This document shows, piece by piece, positions 1 through 11,269 of a stretch of DNA of 64,000 nt. The stretch is from contig JARFYF010000029.1 in assembly GCA_030265395.1 (NCBI GenBank), positions 15,833,150-15,897,149 of the forward strand. Direction: 5' to 3'. The notes below the pieces were generated by a model, which saw only the letters and a list, made by a program, of their open reading frames with translations, made no database searches and had not been told where the DNA came from. The position numbers and the translations under genes are program-made. The first letter of the stretch is position 1. Every line of letters begins with the position of its first letter. Source of the stretch: Rhina ancylostomus. Taxonomy: Eukaryota.

Positions 1-309
1 ACTGACTGACTTCACGCAATACCTGAAGAGACAAGTCCTTTAATAACATCATTTTCAAAACCTTCCTTCCAAGGAGGGTAATGGTAAAGAAAGCCACATT
101 TTGTAATATGATCTTTTAAAATAAGGTATTCAGTTTTAATTTATTACTTTTGAAATCGGCTCTAATTTCAGAGAGGCGATAAAAATCACCTGACTTGCAT
201 TTTGGATTGCGCAAATTGTTAATTGTTCGCTTTGCTTGGTTTTGACTATCTCATTGGAGTCATGAGTTTGCAAATTCAGTTTGATTCTTCAACCTCATAA
301 CCTTGGCTG

Positions 310-410
310 ATGCTTCACTCCAGGTCTGACTTGGGGTACGTTGCTGAAGATGCCATGCTGCAGGATTAGATATTAAACCATAGTTTTGTCCCTCTCATTG
401 GTAGGCTTAA
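310..410 (+). mobile_element. Very old SINE fragment resembling the Deu domain (DeuSINE family)
   Basis: ctccaggtctgac…gttgctgaagatgccatgctgcaggattagatattaaaccatagttttgtccctctca resembles the Deu core as I recall it (…GTCGGAGGTGCCGTCTTTCGGATGAGACGTTAAACCGAGGCCCCGTCTGCCCTCTCAGG); highly diverged. Confidence 0.35.
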
Positions 411-2487
411 TAATATTGTTTTGTTTTAATATTTAGCTTCTATTTCTGAGCAAATGAAATTAAACTGTACCCATAGAAGTTGTGGACATGGATACACCAC
501 ACAGACACATACCCCAGATAATAGGTACTGTACTAGGATAATTTTTTTTTACAAATGAAGGATTCTATTGAATCCTTCACTACTGCTGGCACCCACGGAA
601 TTTTCAACTTGCAGGATTAACATCCTTAAATTTTGTTTGCAGTTTTTGAGAAATTGTGCTTGTACTTTAAAAGACATTAAAAGTATTGCACATTCTGCTG
701 AAAGGGTCTGATCAGTGAACTGAACTGTGCGTTCATGCCCACTGTGCCTCTGAACCATACGTTGGCAATAGTGACTACTCTGGGTATTTTTCAGAAAATA
801 TTCACAGTGGTCTTGGATGAAGAATATTCTTCAACTTGGGGGAAGAGGGGAAAGTGGCAGGAAATTTGTATTGCAGTTGCACTGAACGATCTCTGCAGTC
901 TGGTGATCTTTGAATGGTAGGTGAGAAAAATAGAATTATTATTGTTCATGTTTATTCACAGCATCAAATGCTCTAGATCAGGAACACTTTAGTAGAGCAG
1001 AGTGTAATAGTACTATTTGCTACAAATTTTGGTAACTTTATTATGTGAACCTGGAGCTATAAAAGGTACAGGGTTGAAACTGGCCAACTTACATCAGCTG
1101 GAATCATTATAGAACCATCTCGGCTGGCTTCTAAATCAGAATATAGTGGAAGAAGAAATAATGCTGAGTTATGGAAACTGCATCATTGAATATTGCTTCA
1201 TTTATACAAAATCATACATTAAAATTGGCAATGTTATTCCTTAGCTCAAGCATTACTTTATAATGTTAAAAAATATACATTAACTTAAGAAAACAGACTC
1301 CTTTATATCCATATGGAAATTAGAATCAAGTCAACAGTATGGAAATTTAACCATAATTATAATAGGTCCCCTTTTTGCAAGATTTTCTTATTTTCTTGAC
1401 AATATATCACTGTTAAGAATAAACAAAAATGGTTAATCACACCAGTTGCAGAGTCCAGAAGGTTGCATGTGTGTGAGCATGCTTGTGTGCTGCCTGTGCA
1501 TTCGGACAATAGTGGCGCAGGGCAGAAACGCAACATCCCACTCAGGTTGAAAAAATGCACAAATTGTACATTGGATAAAGAACAGATATCAGGCAGCACG
1601 TTGGACAAAATTAAATTTTATTTCATCTAACTGATCACAATCTTGACTGTAATTATCCTGATGGATATGTGATAAGAAAAGGCTAAAATAGACCTTGTAT
1701 GGAAAAGTGAGTTGCACAGAGCAATTTAACTGAATGACTTGGATATTAAAGTTCAAAGACAAAGTATTGTCAATGATTTCTGAGGTTAGATGTAACGATA
1801 GATCTGAGACCAGGCACGTCTATTTTTGTAATATTCCCAATTAAGAATGCTGGATTTCAACTGGAGTTTCTGATACCAGATTAGGTAAGCAAGAACAAAG
1901 TGCCTGGTGAAATCTGGTACCTTGGCTCACAGGGAAAAAAGAGCCACTCCAAGCAACTGTTGCAGCAGACCCACAGGAACCATGGTCTGAGAAACATGGG
2001 GCAGGCAGCACCTGTTAACACCGCACACCCAGATGTGGCACATTGTCATCAGACAGAAATACAGCTAAGCCACATTCATCTAGCTCAGAAGCAGTGAATT
2101 GCTGCAGGAAACAGAACCCAAGTGATTTCCATAAAATTTTGGCACTCGGGTGTAAAGCATCTGAAAGGCAATTTTATCAGCATATATTTACAATTCTAGC
2201 TTGGAAATGATGCATTTTTCCAAAAAATAGAGACACCACCTTGAATATAGTCTCGGCATTAATGGGTCTGTTTAAAAAAAGATTATTGAAAGGTATTCAA
2301 TAGAAAATCCAGGACATGGGTTTTGGGGAAAAGGGTGAGTATAAATCCAGTCAGACCATAAAAGCTACATGAATGGCATTTTCTCATTCAGATGGTTTTT
2401 ACAAACCATGATGACATTTGTGGCTTATTTGTTTTCTAACCTTATGGAAGTAGTCTTTAAATAAAACTATCAACAAAGATGCTTTGT

Positions 2488-2611
2488 TTATGAAACAGCT
2501 TATAGAGCCCATCAGCATCTTTACAGTTGTCTTCTTTTAAACAGACTTGTTCCGAAATGTCTCTCCCTTAACCCTGTTACAACACTAGCCAGTCATTAGT
2601 CACATAAAACA
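2488..2611 (-). repeat. LTR-like direct repeat (3' LTR of Gypsy relic)
   Basis: atgaaacagcttatagagcc…ttacagttg…aaccctgttacaacactagccagtcattagtcacataaaaca matches 4682-4804; both begin TGT on the minus strand. Confidence 0.75.
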
Positions 2612-4681
2612 ATGCACTAAGTATCAGCATTCCATCTCTGCAGAGGACTACTCGTCATCCCTGGAGTTGAGGCTTTGCAGAGGGCTAGGATATTCAACAA
2701 TTGTGATCATTTAAATTCTTCGGCAGTCCCATAGCCACATTCACAGCACTTTGGCTTTTCGTTTCTCCGTGGAAAGTGAGGTGATGATGTCTGATGATCA
2801 AGCTGCTATCCTTTGAGAACCCGATAAAGTTGTCTGCTGTGTACTGCAGCCCATCATCTGTGATCAGTACTTCAGGGAATCTTTCTCTAGCAAAGTGTCC
2901 TTTGTCACCAGATGCATTTTCCTATGCAGGTGAAACACTTAACCCAAGTTTAGCACAAGGATTGTCTGGTTCCTGATGAGAAATAAACATTTCTTTAAAT
3001 AGATTCCTTTCTGGAGATCTGCAGGTCTTGCATGTGGTTCCTGATCTCCTGTTCATCCTTGCCCAGAGGATGCTGTCTCTCAGTCTCAGTCACAACCATT
3101 CACTGGCAGATGTGGGAAGTGAAATCTTTGCATCATGCCTTTTCTGTGTGGCATGGGGGCAATCATCTTTCACTTCTGAAGATCAGGTCACCTTGAATAC
3201 ATGCAAGTATGATCTCAGAACATGTTCAACCTCACACCCTCTACCCTTCCATCCTAACTGAATCACTCACTCCTGGCGTTGCTTTGTATCATCATATCTG
3301 GCAGTATCCTCACTCTCTTCTGGCAATGGCTGAGTGAGTAGAATAAGTCTCGTCATGTTGACTGTCCCAAGCTCAGTATCCTCTGTGTCACTTGTCCTTG
3401 AGATAGGCTCAGCTACGAGTGTTGGCTACATGCATGAATTCACCTGGAAGATACCAAATAAGTCACATCACTGCACCCACTCACCATTCTTTTAGACCTC
3501 ACCATTTGTTAAGGTCTTTGGAGCTCTACAGAGGGGCTTAACCACAATGACCTTCAGCAGCTCACTATATTTACTGTTTTCCCATGGTGTAGGAGTGAAC
3601 CTTCTCCATTCTAAAGATCAGACGAAGCAGCTTCTTGTGTGTAACATGTCTGTCTGTCAGCTGTGCATGGATGTGCTACTAAGCTGACCCTCCTGCAAGA
3701 TCATTGCTGCAAGACCCTTTCTTTTGAAGAATTTAATTGTATTGTCAGATCCTCTTTAGCAAAGCTTGCAACAACTCAGGTTCTGCCATGACTGTGTCTT
3801 TTATCCATTTGACCACTTGCTTGTGGGTCTCCAAGCAACACTATTCCACATCCTGAGGCATAAACAGAAATGCTGGAAGAGCTCAAGTGCATCAGTAGAA
3901 TGAGAAAGCAGTTAAGATTTTGGGGTGGGTACACTAGTCCGCATCCTTGGTCAATTCTCTGAGATACTCCTACATCTCACTCTACTGGGGCAGGGACTTG
4001 TGCATACGGTGTAGCTGATGAATCCCAGAGAGTATAATACACCTGCCACATCCATTATGTTTTACATCTCCGTCACTTGTCTTTGGCTGGATTTGCCTTC
4101 AGGTCATTTCTGATGATCAAGTGACCCATGAACTGCAATTTTTGCTCACTCATCTTCCATCACCTCTGGCCAATCTGCTCATCAGGGTTTTCAGCTTCCA
4201 GTCATGACCTAACTTTGCTGGTAATGATTCAACTGTTTTATTTCTAGGAATGTAATAAGCTTGTAGTGCATCTAATGTGCTCTCTGGAGTCTCAGTTGAC
4301 ACCGTTATAGAATGATTACAACCCTCTCCACTTGTGATCAAATGAGAGACAATAACAGCTTTGCTTCCATCTGCTCTGTTGGTCTGTGATAGCTAGTTCA
4401 GTGGACAGGGCAAACTCCTCTTCCCGCTCTCTACACTGGTACCCTGCTTGGTGCTCATGGTCCTGCAGTCCAAACACTTGTACATATGTATTTTAAAAAA
4501 GACATCTGATCACACTGTGTAATGTTGATTCCATTCATGCTTTTTTCTGAGAATGCATCCTGAGTACTAAGTGAGGTACCAGGGTACACTCCCTTGACCG
4601 ATAACCTGCCTGGAAATCCAGAGGCTCCGGCAGCTTTATTTGTTCCATTGTGTACTCTCTCAATGGAATCACATAGCTCAC

Positions 4682-4804
4682 TGTGAAATAGCTTACAGAG
4701 CCAGCTGGCACCCTTACAGTTGCTTTCTTTCAAACAGTCTCATACCGGAACCTTTGCCCCCAAACCCTGTTGCAACACTAGCCAGCCATTAGTCACATGA
4801 AACA
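4682..4804 (-). repeat. LTR-like direct repeat (5' LTR of Gypsy relic)
   Basis: gtgaaatagcttacagagcc…ttacagttg…aaccctgttgcaacactagccagccattagtcacatgaaaca is a diverged copy of 2488-2611. Confidence 0.75.
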
Positions 4805-5074
4805 AAAGGGCCGACAGCAGTCAAGGAACAATGATTGCTCATGGGCTGATATTACATATGGCATACATATTAAAATGTGTTTTCCCATCCCTACTTAGCA
4901 CTTGTTCAAAAGCCCAGTAAAACAGAAGAGGTGCTATCAAACTTCTGATTTGATCAGAACACATTTCACTCCCATTTCTAGCTCTCGTCACCAAGAAACA
5001 AGGGAGCATTGTGGCATTAAAGAAAGGTCAGAGAATATTGGCAGATTGTTTTTCCAGTGTCCAATGCTGAATAA

Positions 5075-5180
5075 ACAGAATAAAAGAGAAAATGCTGGCA
5101 ATATTTAGAAGGTCAGACAGCATCTGGAGAGAGGAAAACAGGGTTAGTGTTTCAGATCAGTGGCCTGAATGAGCAGAAAT
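5075..5180 (-). mobile_element. Penelope-like terminal-repeat fragment
   Basis: agaaaatgctggcaatatttagaaggtcagacagcatctggagagaggaaaacagggttagtgtttcagatc is the same family as the terminus of the PLE at 26670-28260, in opposite orientation. Confidence 0.65.
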
Positions 5181-6119
5181 ACTCTTCAACTAAACATTGG
5201 AAGATCAAAGTCACTGGGCTGCTTCTTACTGACTGCTGTTTCTGAAGGAGAAATTTGTCCTTTTTTGCTCTCTGCATTGATGTCCTTAACTTTTTGGTCC
5301 TTTAGTCTATTGAGACAAGTGCATTTTACAAGAAATTAGTTGATTGAAGGTTGTGGACCATGCCTTTGAAGTAATATTGCCAGATTTATAGTTTACATTC
5401 TAGAAAGGACAACGTGTACCTCCATATAATTATTCCTATAGGAACTTCTTCTCAAGATTGAAAAGCCACATTTTAGCTGTGATTCCTCATGAATTGATCT
5501 TTAACAGCAGACCCTAAACCTTTTAGATTTTCAGGTTTAATTACCTGACAACAAGAAGTAGGTACAACCCCCTTCCTGTGCTTCAAAAGGGCACAATTAA
5601 CTCTNNNNNNNNNNNNNNNNNNNNNNNNNNNNNNNNNNNNNNNNNNNNNNNNNNNNNNNNNNNNNNNNNNNNNNNNNNNNNNNNNNNNNNNNNNNNNNNN
5701 NNNNNNNNNNNNNNNNNNNNNNNNNNNNNNNNNNNNNNNNNNNNNNNNNNNNNNNNNNNNNNNNNNNNNNNNNNNNNNNNNNNNNNNNNNNNNNNNNNNN
5801 NNNNNNNNNNNNNNNNNNNNNNNNNNNNNNNNNNNNNNNNNNNNNNNNNNNNNNNNNNNTACATGTGGCCTGATTACAGTTTGGTTGTGCAGTTTCACCA
5901 TGATTTCCTCTGAACTGTATCCTATTGTTTTGACTACATGTCATTGACATGATGGATTGTTGCTGTGCATTGGTTCGACATGTTGAATGTAAATAGACTA
6001 AAACTCTGGGATCTTTTACAAATTCACCATTGATTATTTCAACACCACTCATGAAATGAAAATAAAACTAGAATAACTGACCTGTTAATTAATAAATTCC
6101 AATTTTATTTAATAAAAGG

Positions 6120-6300
6120 AAAACTACTGCAGTGGTGCAAATACAAAACAGAAAATGCCAAAAATGCTCAGCAGATGTGGCAAATATCTGTGGAGAAAAT
6201 AGTGAAGGTATTTTCACTAGCAAGTTCCCTGATGGCTCTTCCATTGGTGCTTTCCGGTCTGCTGAATGTTTCCAGCATTTAAGTTTTTGTTGCTTAATTT
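6120..6300. mobile_element. Short fold-back element made of two inverted PLE termini
   Basis: aaacagaaaatgccaaaaatgctcagcaga…tctgtggaga is followed by its diverged reverse complement …tctgctgaatgtttccagcatttaagttttt. Confidence 0.6.
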
Positions 6301-8509
6301 GTTTATTGTGTTTTTTTTAAAAAATAAAGATTCCCCTGATCNNNNNNNNNNCACTTTTAGAAAGGTAGTTTTTACAAATTGCCCTGTTGGATGTGATGCT
6401 GGCAAGATGGCACATTTCTACAAATTTAAGTCTGCTGAACTTAATAGCTGGAGACAATATTAAAATCCAAACCTGAATCTGATGTTTGCAATTCAGAATT
6501 TATATTCAGAACTCAGGATATTTGATTACTATGCTGGAATTATCTCAAAGATGAGGAATTTTTTGTACAAACATTATATTCTGTGATTCCCACCCCCTCA
6601 CACACAAAGTGCTGCACGTTTTATGACGACTAGTTTTTCTTCCAGCTTGGCCAAAACTCCCCAACTTCTGAATGTAATTAGTATTCCCACAATGAAGTCT
6701 GGATGTCAGCAGGATAGAAAACATTATGTCATTAGCTGGTATTTGTCTGTTCTTGTGAGAATTCTCCTTTTATGCAGAACTTGTGTAACTCCAGACATGT
6801 TGAAAGGCTTCTTTGAATTGGTGCCCCTAGGTGAAGATGCAGTCAGGATCATCTTCTGCAAATCTGATTTTGTGCTCTCTGTACCAAAGTCAAACCATGT
6901 AAACTGGTGGAAAATATTTCATTTTTATATTTTATTGCATATTTTTGGCTTAGTTAACTGTTCAGAAGTCAGGATTCAGTAGAAACTCTTTGGAGGCCTT
7001 ATTGGGCAACAGAACTGGGAGGCACATGACAATAGTCTTGAATGTACATTGTTACAAAGGGTGGCAGTTGAGGTGATGCATGGTGCAGGGATTTTTCTTA
7101 TTTGCTCTGAAAGTGGCTAAAAGACTAGTTTCATTCTTCTCCCAGCTTTGTTAGGAGTCTTTCTGTAACTGGTGACGTTCTGGCAAACCTGTTTTCAGAG
7201 CATAGACAAGTCATTGCTGCTTCCAGCCTTCTTCTATTGACCTCATAAGAGGTGGAACCTGTGCATGATCATTCCATGGCCAGTGATTTCCAGAGGATGG
7301 TGGCAAGAGTGGACAATCACTTAATTGGCAGTTGATATTAAGGCATAATGTTTAATGGCAGGGTAGTGAGATGAGGTTTACTGGTTTCAAAACAGAAGAC
7401 AGTGAGAAATGCCAGTGTGGGTTGTATCTGTGGGTCTAGACCTATATTTCTGAACAAAGCTCATGATTTTTCTTTTGGGCCTGAAGCTGATAGGGAAGGT
7501 GTCTCACAGGGAGGATGCAATGGGAATTCCCATCCATTAATGGCTGGCAGCTGGGGGATTTTCCATACTGTTGGGAGTAGGAGGGCACTGGATTCATGTT
7601 TGTAGTGTCTCCTTCCCTCCCTATGTGCCCGTTTGTATTAGTGCCAGAAAACAGCAGTGTGTCCAATCCCAGCTTTTCCCATTAACTGGAATCTGCAACC
7701 TTATTTCTTGCATTAAATTTTACCAATCATCCACGGGCACCATGAGGGACTAACTGCACTCCTTCTAAAAAGGTGGAAAACAGGACAAATTAAAAATCAC
7801 TAAATCTCATTTATGAGTCAGTTTTTAAAAAAAAGCAGCAGAAAGTCATGGAAAAATAACAAAGCTATACATTTAAAAATGATAAAACCAGAAGTAGTTG
7901 ACGTACTTTTTAGTAGCATTATTCTTAAGGTTAAATTTGTCACTTTTGTATGTTTAGCATTAAATTTTGATTGGCAATAAATCACAAGTCAGGATGTGTA
8001 GCTTATACACAAGCATTTTCTGAAGAGGAGCTCTTATTTTGAGTCTGAAAAGACACCAGACTTGTGGATGAAGCATGTACCTGGATGACAGGAGTTTCAG
8101 TTAAGGAATCTCTTCCCAGTGGTAATGCAGAGCATTCAGTGTCATGATTTACGCACAGGATATCCTCATGTTGCTAACCTGCTGTCAGTAAACTAAGTAG
8201 ATAGGGAGCATTCCATTGCAGGGCTACTTATCTTGATGGCCTGAATGATCTATTCTCATTGCAGTCTCTATTACTTTCTTCCTATGTGTATGAAATGATC
8301 ACGATGTCCAGAGAGATTATGATTGTTGCAGTACAAACTCTCTCATTGACAGAGCTTTGTCAGCACATTGTTGTGCCTGGATAGGATTTCCTTCGAAACT
8401 CCCCTGCACCATGTAGTACTCTGGAACATTTCAGTTGATTAAGTGATAACAAAATCATTGCTATTTTCCATGGTGTTCCAGTTGTGTGAGAAATAGGCAA
8501 TCATTAATT

Positions 8510-8932
8510 TAATCAGAAACAGTGAATACCAGAAGCAGTCAGCAGGGCAAACTGCATCACTGGGAAGAAGAGGAGTTGACATTTTGGTAAAAGGACCCTT
8601 TATCAAAACCAGAAAGGTGAGAACACAGGTGTTTTAAGTGGCAGAAAGTGGAGATGTGGAGAGAATGTTTGTGACAAGATTCAGACCAAAATAGTCGAGG
8701 TGGCAATTACTTTTGAATTCAGCAGTTGGCGATAGAAAAGGAAAAAGAAACAAATTGAAACAGGAAAGTACAGCTGCAATCGTGGAGAGAGAATAAGAAT
8801 CACGGAGTGGTAACCAGACATTGTTAAATGCAATATTCAGACCTGAGGGCTGCGGAAAGCTGATGAGTTTCTGCTCCTTGAGCTTAAACTGGGCAGCACT
8901 GGAGCAATGCAAGAGGCCAGAGACAACAAAAT
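8510..8932 (-). mobile_element. Penelope-like element 3' fragment (GIY-YIG C-terminus plus terminal repeat)
   Basis: Minus-strand peptide GLLHCSSAAQFKLKEQKLIS…QPSGLNIAFNN, typical of the end of PLE GIY-YIG ORFs, followed by the family terminus. Confidence 0.75.
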
Positions 8933-8940
8933 CCAACACT

Positions 8941-9665
8941 TTGCACTTTGTAAGTTAAACCAGGCAGGGTATACACAGGAAATAGGAGGGCCCTGGAGAG
9001 TGCTGTAGAACAGAGAGACCTCGGGGTACAAGTCAGTTCCCTGAAAGTGGTGACACAAGTGAAGATGGCATTTGACATACTTTTGCCTTCATCGGTCAGG
9101 GCACTGAGTACTAGAGTTAGGACATCATGTTATAGCTGTACAGGATGTTGGTGAGACCACACTTGGAGTACTGTTTGCAGTTCTAGTTACTGAGCTCTAG
9201 GAATGTTGTCACCAAGCTGGAAAGGATGCAGAAAAGATTTATGAGGATGTTACAAGGACTAGAGGGCTTGAGTTACAGGGAGAGGCTGGATAGGCTGGGG
9301 CTTTTTCCTTTAGAGGGTAAGACGCTGAGGGATAATCTTATAAAGATATATAAAATCATAAGGGGTATAGATAAGGTGAATGGTTATAGTCTTTTCCGAG
9401 GGTAGGGGTAAAAGATTTAGGGTGAGAGGGAAAAGATTTAAAGGAGACCTAAGGGGCAACTTTTTTTAAAAAAACAGAGGGTGGTAGGCATGTGGAACGA
9501 GCTGCCAAAGGAAGTGGTAGAGGCTGGTACAAATACAACAATTAAAAGACATTTGGACAGGTATGAGGATATGAAAGGTTCAGAGGTATATGGGCCAAAC
9601 ACAGGCAAATGGGACTAGCTCTGGCAGGCAATTTGGTGTGCAGGGCCTGTGTCCATGCTAATTCT
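8941..9665 (+). mobile_element. CR1 (HER1-like) LINE 3' fragment
   Basis: RT C-terminal relics RDLGVQV, LVRPHLEYCLQF, KLERMQKRFMRML, SYRERLDRLGLF, and the CR1 tail gggcctgtgtccatgct. Confidence 0.9.
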
Positions 9666-9689
9666 GAGAGTCTAAAGATCACAAAATTA

Positions 9690-10140
9690 AAGTGACAGGT
9701 GACTCTGAGCTTCCAGTTGCCTGTCACTTTAATTCTCTATCCCCCTGACCTCTGTTTTTGATCTCGTACATTGTTCCAATAATATCCAACATAACTCCTC
9801 ATCCATTTCAGCCATTGGGACTCAATGAGTTTAACAATTTCAGGTAACCACTGTCTTGTTTCTCTCTCTCCACACATGGCTACATTTCTTTGTTTCATTT
9901 TTTTTCTCTTTTCTATCACCAACTGCTTGTTTGCAAAGTAATTGTTATCTTGACAACTGTGATGTCAGCAGCTCACAGCAGACGTTCCCTCCATCCTCCC
10001 CACCTCTCCCCCATCTGCGACTTAAAGCACAATTGTTTTCTCACCTTTCCAGTGTTGACCCGAAACGTCGACTTTCTCTTCCCACTGATGTTTACTGACC
10101 CAATGGGTACCTCCAGCACCTGTAGTTTTCTGCTCCAATC
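9690..10140 (+). mobile_element. Penelope-like element 3' fragment, inverted relative to 8510-8932
   Basis: DSELPVACHFNS relic, then reverse-complement matches to 8510-8932 (e.g. ttttctatcaccaactgct vs agcagttggcgatagaaaa); GACCCGAAACGTCGAC at 10057-10072. Confidence 0.75.
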
Positions 10141-10997
10141 ATTAACAATGTACAGTTAACCAGGAGAGTCAAGGCTGCCTAAACATGACTGAGGTTATCA
10201 GTAATGATCAAAGAATTGTAAATACACTCGTTTTGAATGACATTAATTTTCTATGTTAAATCCCATGCTCTGAAGTTCCCTCAGTACACCATCTACTCAC
10301 CAACCTCCCCTCTAAGATGCAGCTCCTTCACCAAATGAATCAATATCTCCACCTTTGGCTTATAAAGATCAATCAGCCATCAAGCTTAACCCTCTGTGAT
10401 CTCATTCCAACACACCTTGATGTGCATTTATTCTTCCCAGAGGAAAATCTTGTATTAAAATTCTCAAAGATAATAACTAAATAATCTCTAGGATATTGGT
10501 TCAGCTCTTCATTTCCAATCAACAAAGGTCCTCTGGGCAATTTGTCCACTCCCCAGGAATCATTATAATCATGAATGAGCATCTGAGTCCATACCCATCT
10601 CTAGAACCACTTACTATGTATCTATCTTTTCCCTACCATATATTTATACAGCTTTCATAAATAACTTAATTATCTCAATCTCAATTGTTCATACTGTCTG
10701 CCTGTTTCAGTTTAAATAAATAGATGATTAAAGGTCTTATTGTTATCTAGTAATGAGATTCTTTTCATGTTAGGTGGCCTATTTTAAGGATTCAGTGAAT
10801 GGCCCCCAGAAGAACAAAGTGAAAATATCCTACTGTCATTCTATGTTTAATTGTCTGATCATCTGTGATTTAATGAACAATCATCTATGCAGTGTTTCAT
10901 TGAGGCTGTAAAAGTTATTCAAGAAATAGATTTTGTTTGCGGAAAAAACCTCGTACGCACCTGTTAACACACTGATTGCCCTTCTTTTTGCCTGCAG

Positions 10998-11269
10998 GTA
11001 GCCGAGAAGCAGCATTCACTTACGCCATCACCGCGGCGGGTGTAGCTCATGCAGTGACTGCTGCCTGCAGTCAAGGGAACCTGAGCAACTGTGGCTGTGA
11101 CCGAGAGAAACAGGGCTACTACAACCAGGAAGAGGGCTGGAAGTGGGGAGGCTGCTCTGCAGACATCAAGTATGGAATCGAGTTCTCAAGGAAATTCGTA
11201 GATGCAAGAGAGATCAAAAAAAATGCCAGGAGGCTGATGAATCTACATAACAATGAGGCGGGGAGAAAG
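10998..11269 (+). CDS. wnt7b: Wnt-7b, penultimate coding exon (exon 3 equivalent)
   Basis: Acceptor cttctttttgcctgcag|GT (AG 10996-10997) and donor AAG|gtatct (GT 11270-11271) define 272 nt, phase 1 to phase 0. It translates as [91 protein letters not shown], with WNT7B-type residues ([30 protein letters not shown]) rather than WNT7A-type. Confidence 0.97.

Larger units (their letters stand above)
2488..4804 (-). mobile_element. Degenerate, internally deleted Ty3/Gypsy LTR retrotransposon
   Basis: Minus-strand peptide relics: gag-like TLDALQAYYIPRNKTVE (~4225-4290); RT-end-like KLQFMGHLIIRNDLKANPAK (~4080-4143); RNase H-like KGLAAMILQEGQL and YLPGEFMHVANTRS*AYL (~3400-3720); integrase HFARERFPEVLITDDGLQY and DHQTSSPHFP…KAQSAVNVA (~2730-2900). 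Flanked by direct repeats. Confidence 0.85.
1..10997 (+). other. wnt7b: 3' part of wnt7b intron 2 (exon 2 not in window)
   Basis: No exon-2 peptide (…ICNKIPGLAPRQ…RWNCS) is seen upstream of 10998, so the intron exceeds 11 kb. Confidence 0.8.

Noticed and set aside
5473-6052. Long ORFs spanning N runs (also near 20203, 36092, 39588, 47806 and 55598)
   Set aside because: Length is inflated by X codons from assembly gaps.
7000-7740. Possible Harbinger-type DNA transposon relic (similar impression at 40700-41960)
   Set aside because: Only vague resemblance; no convincing terminal inverted repeats or transposase motifs by eye.
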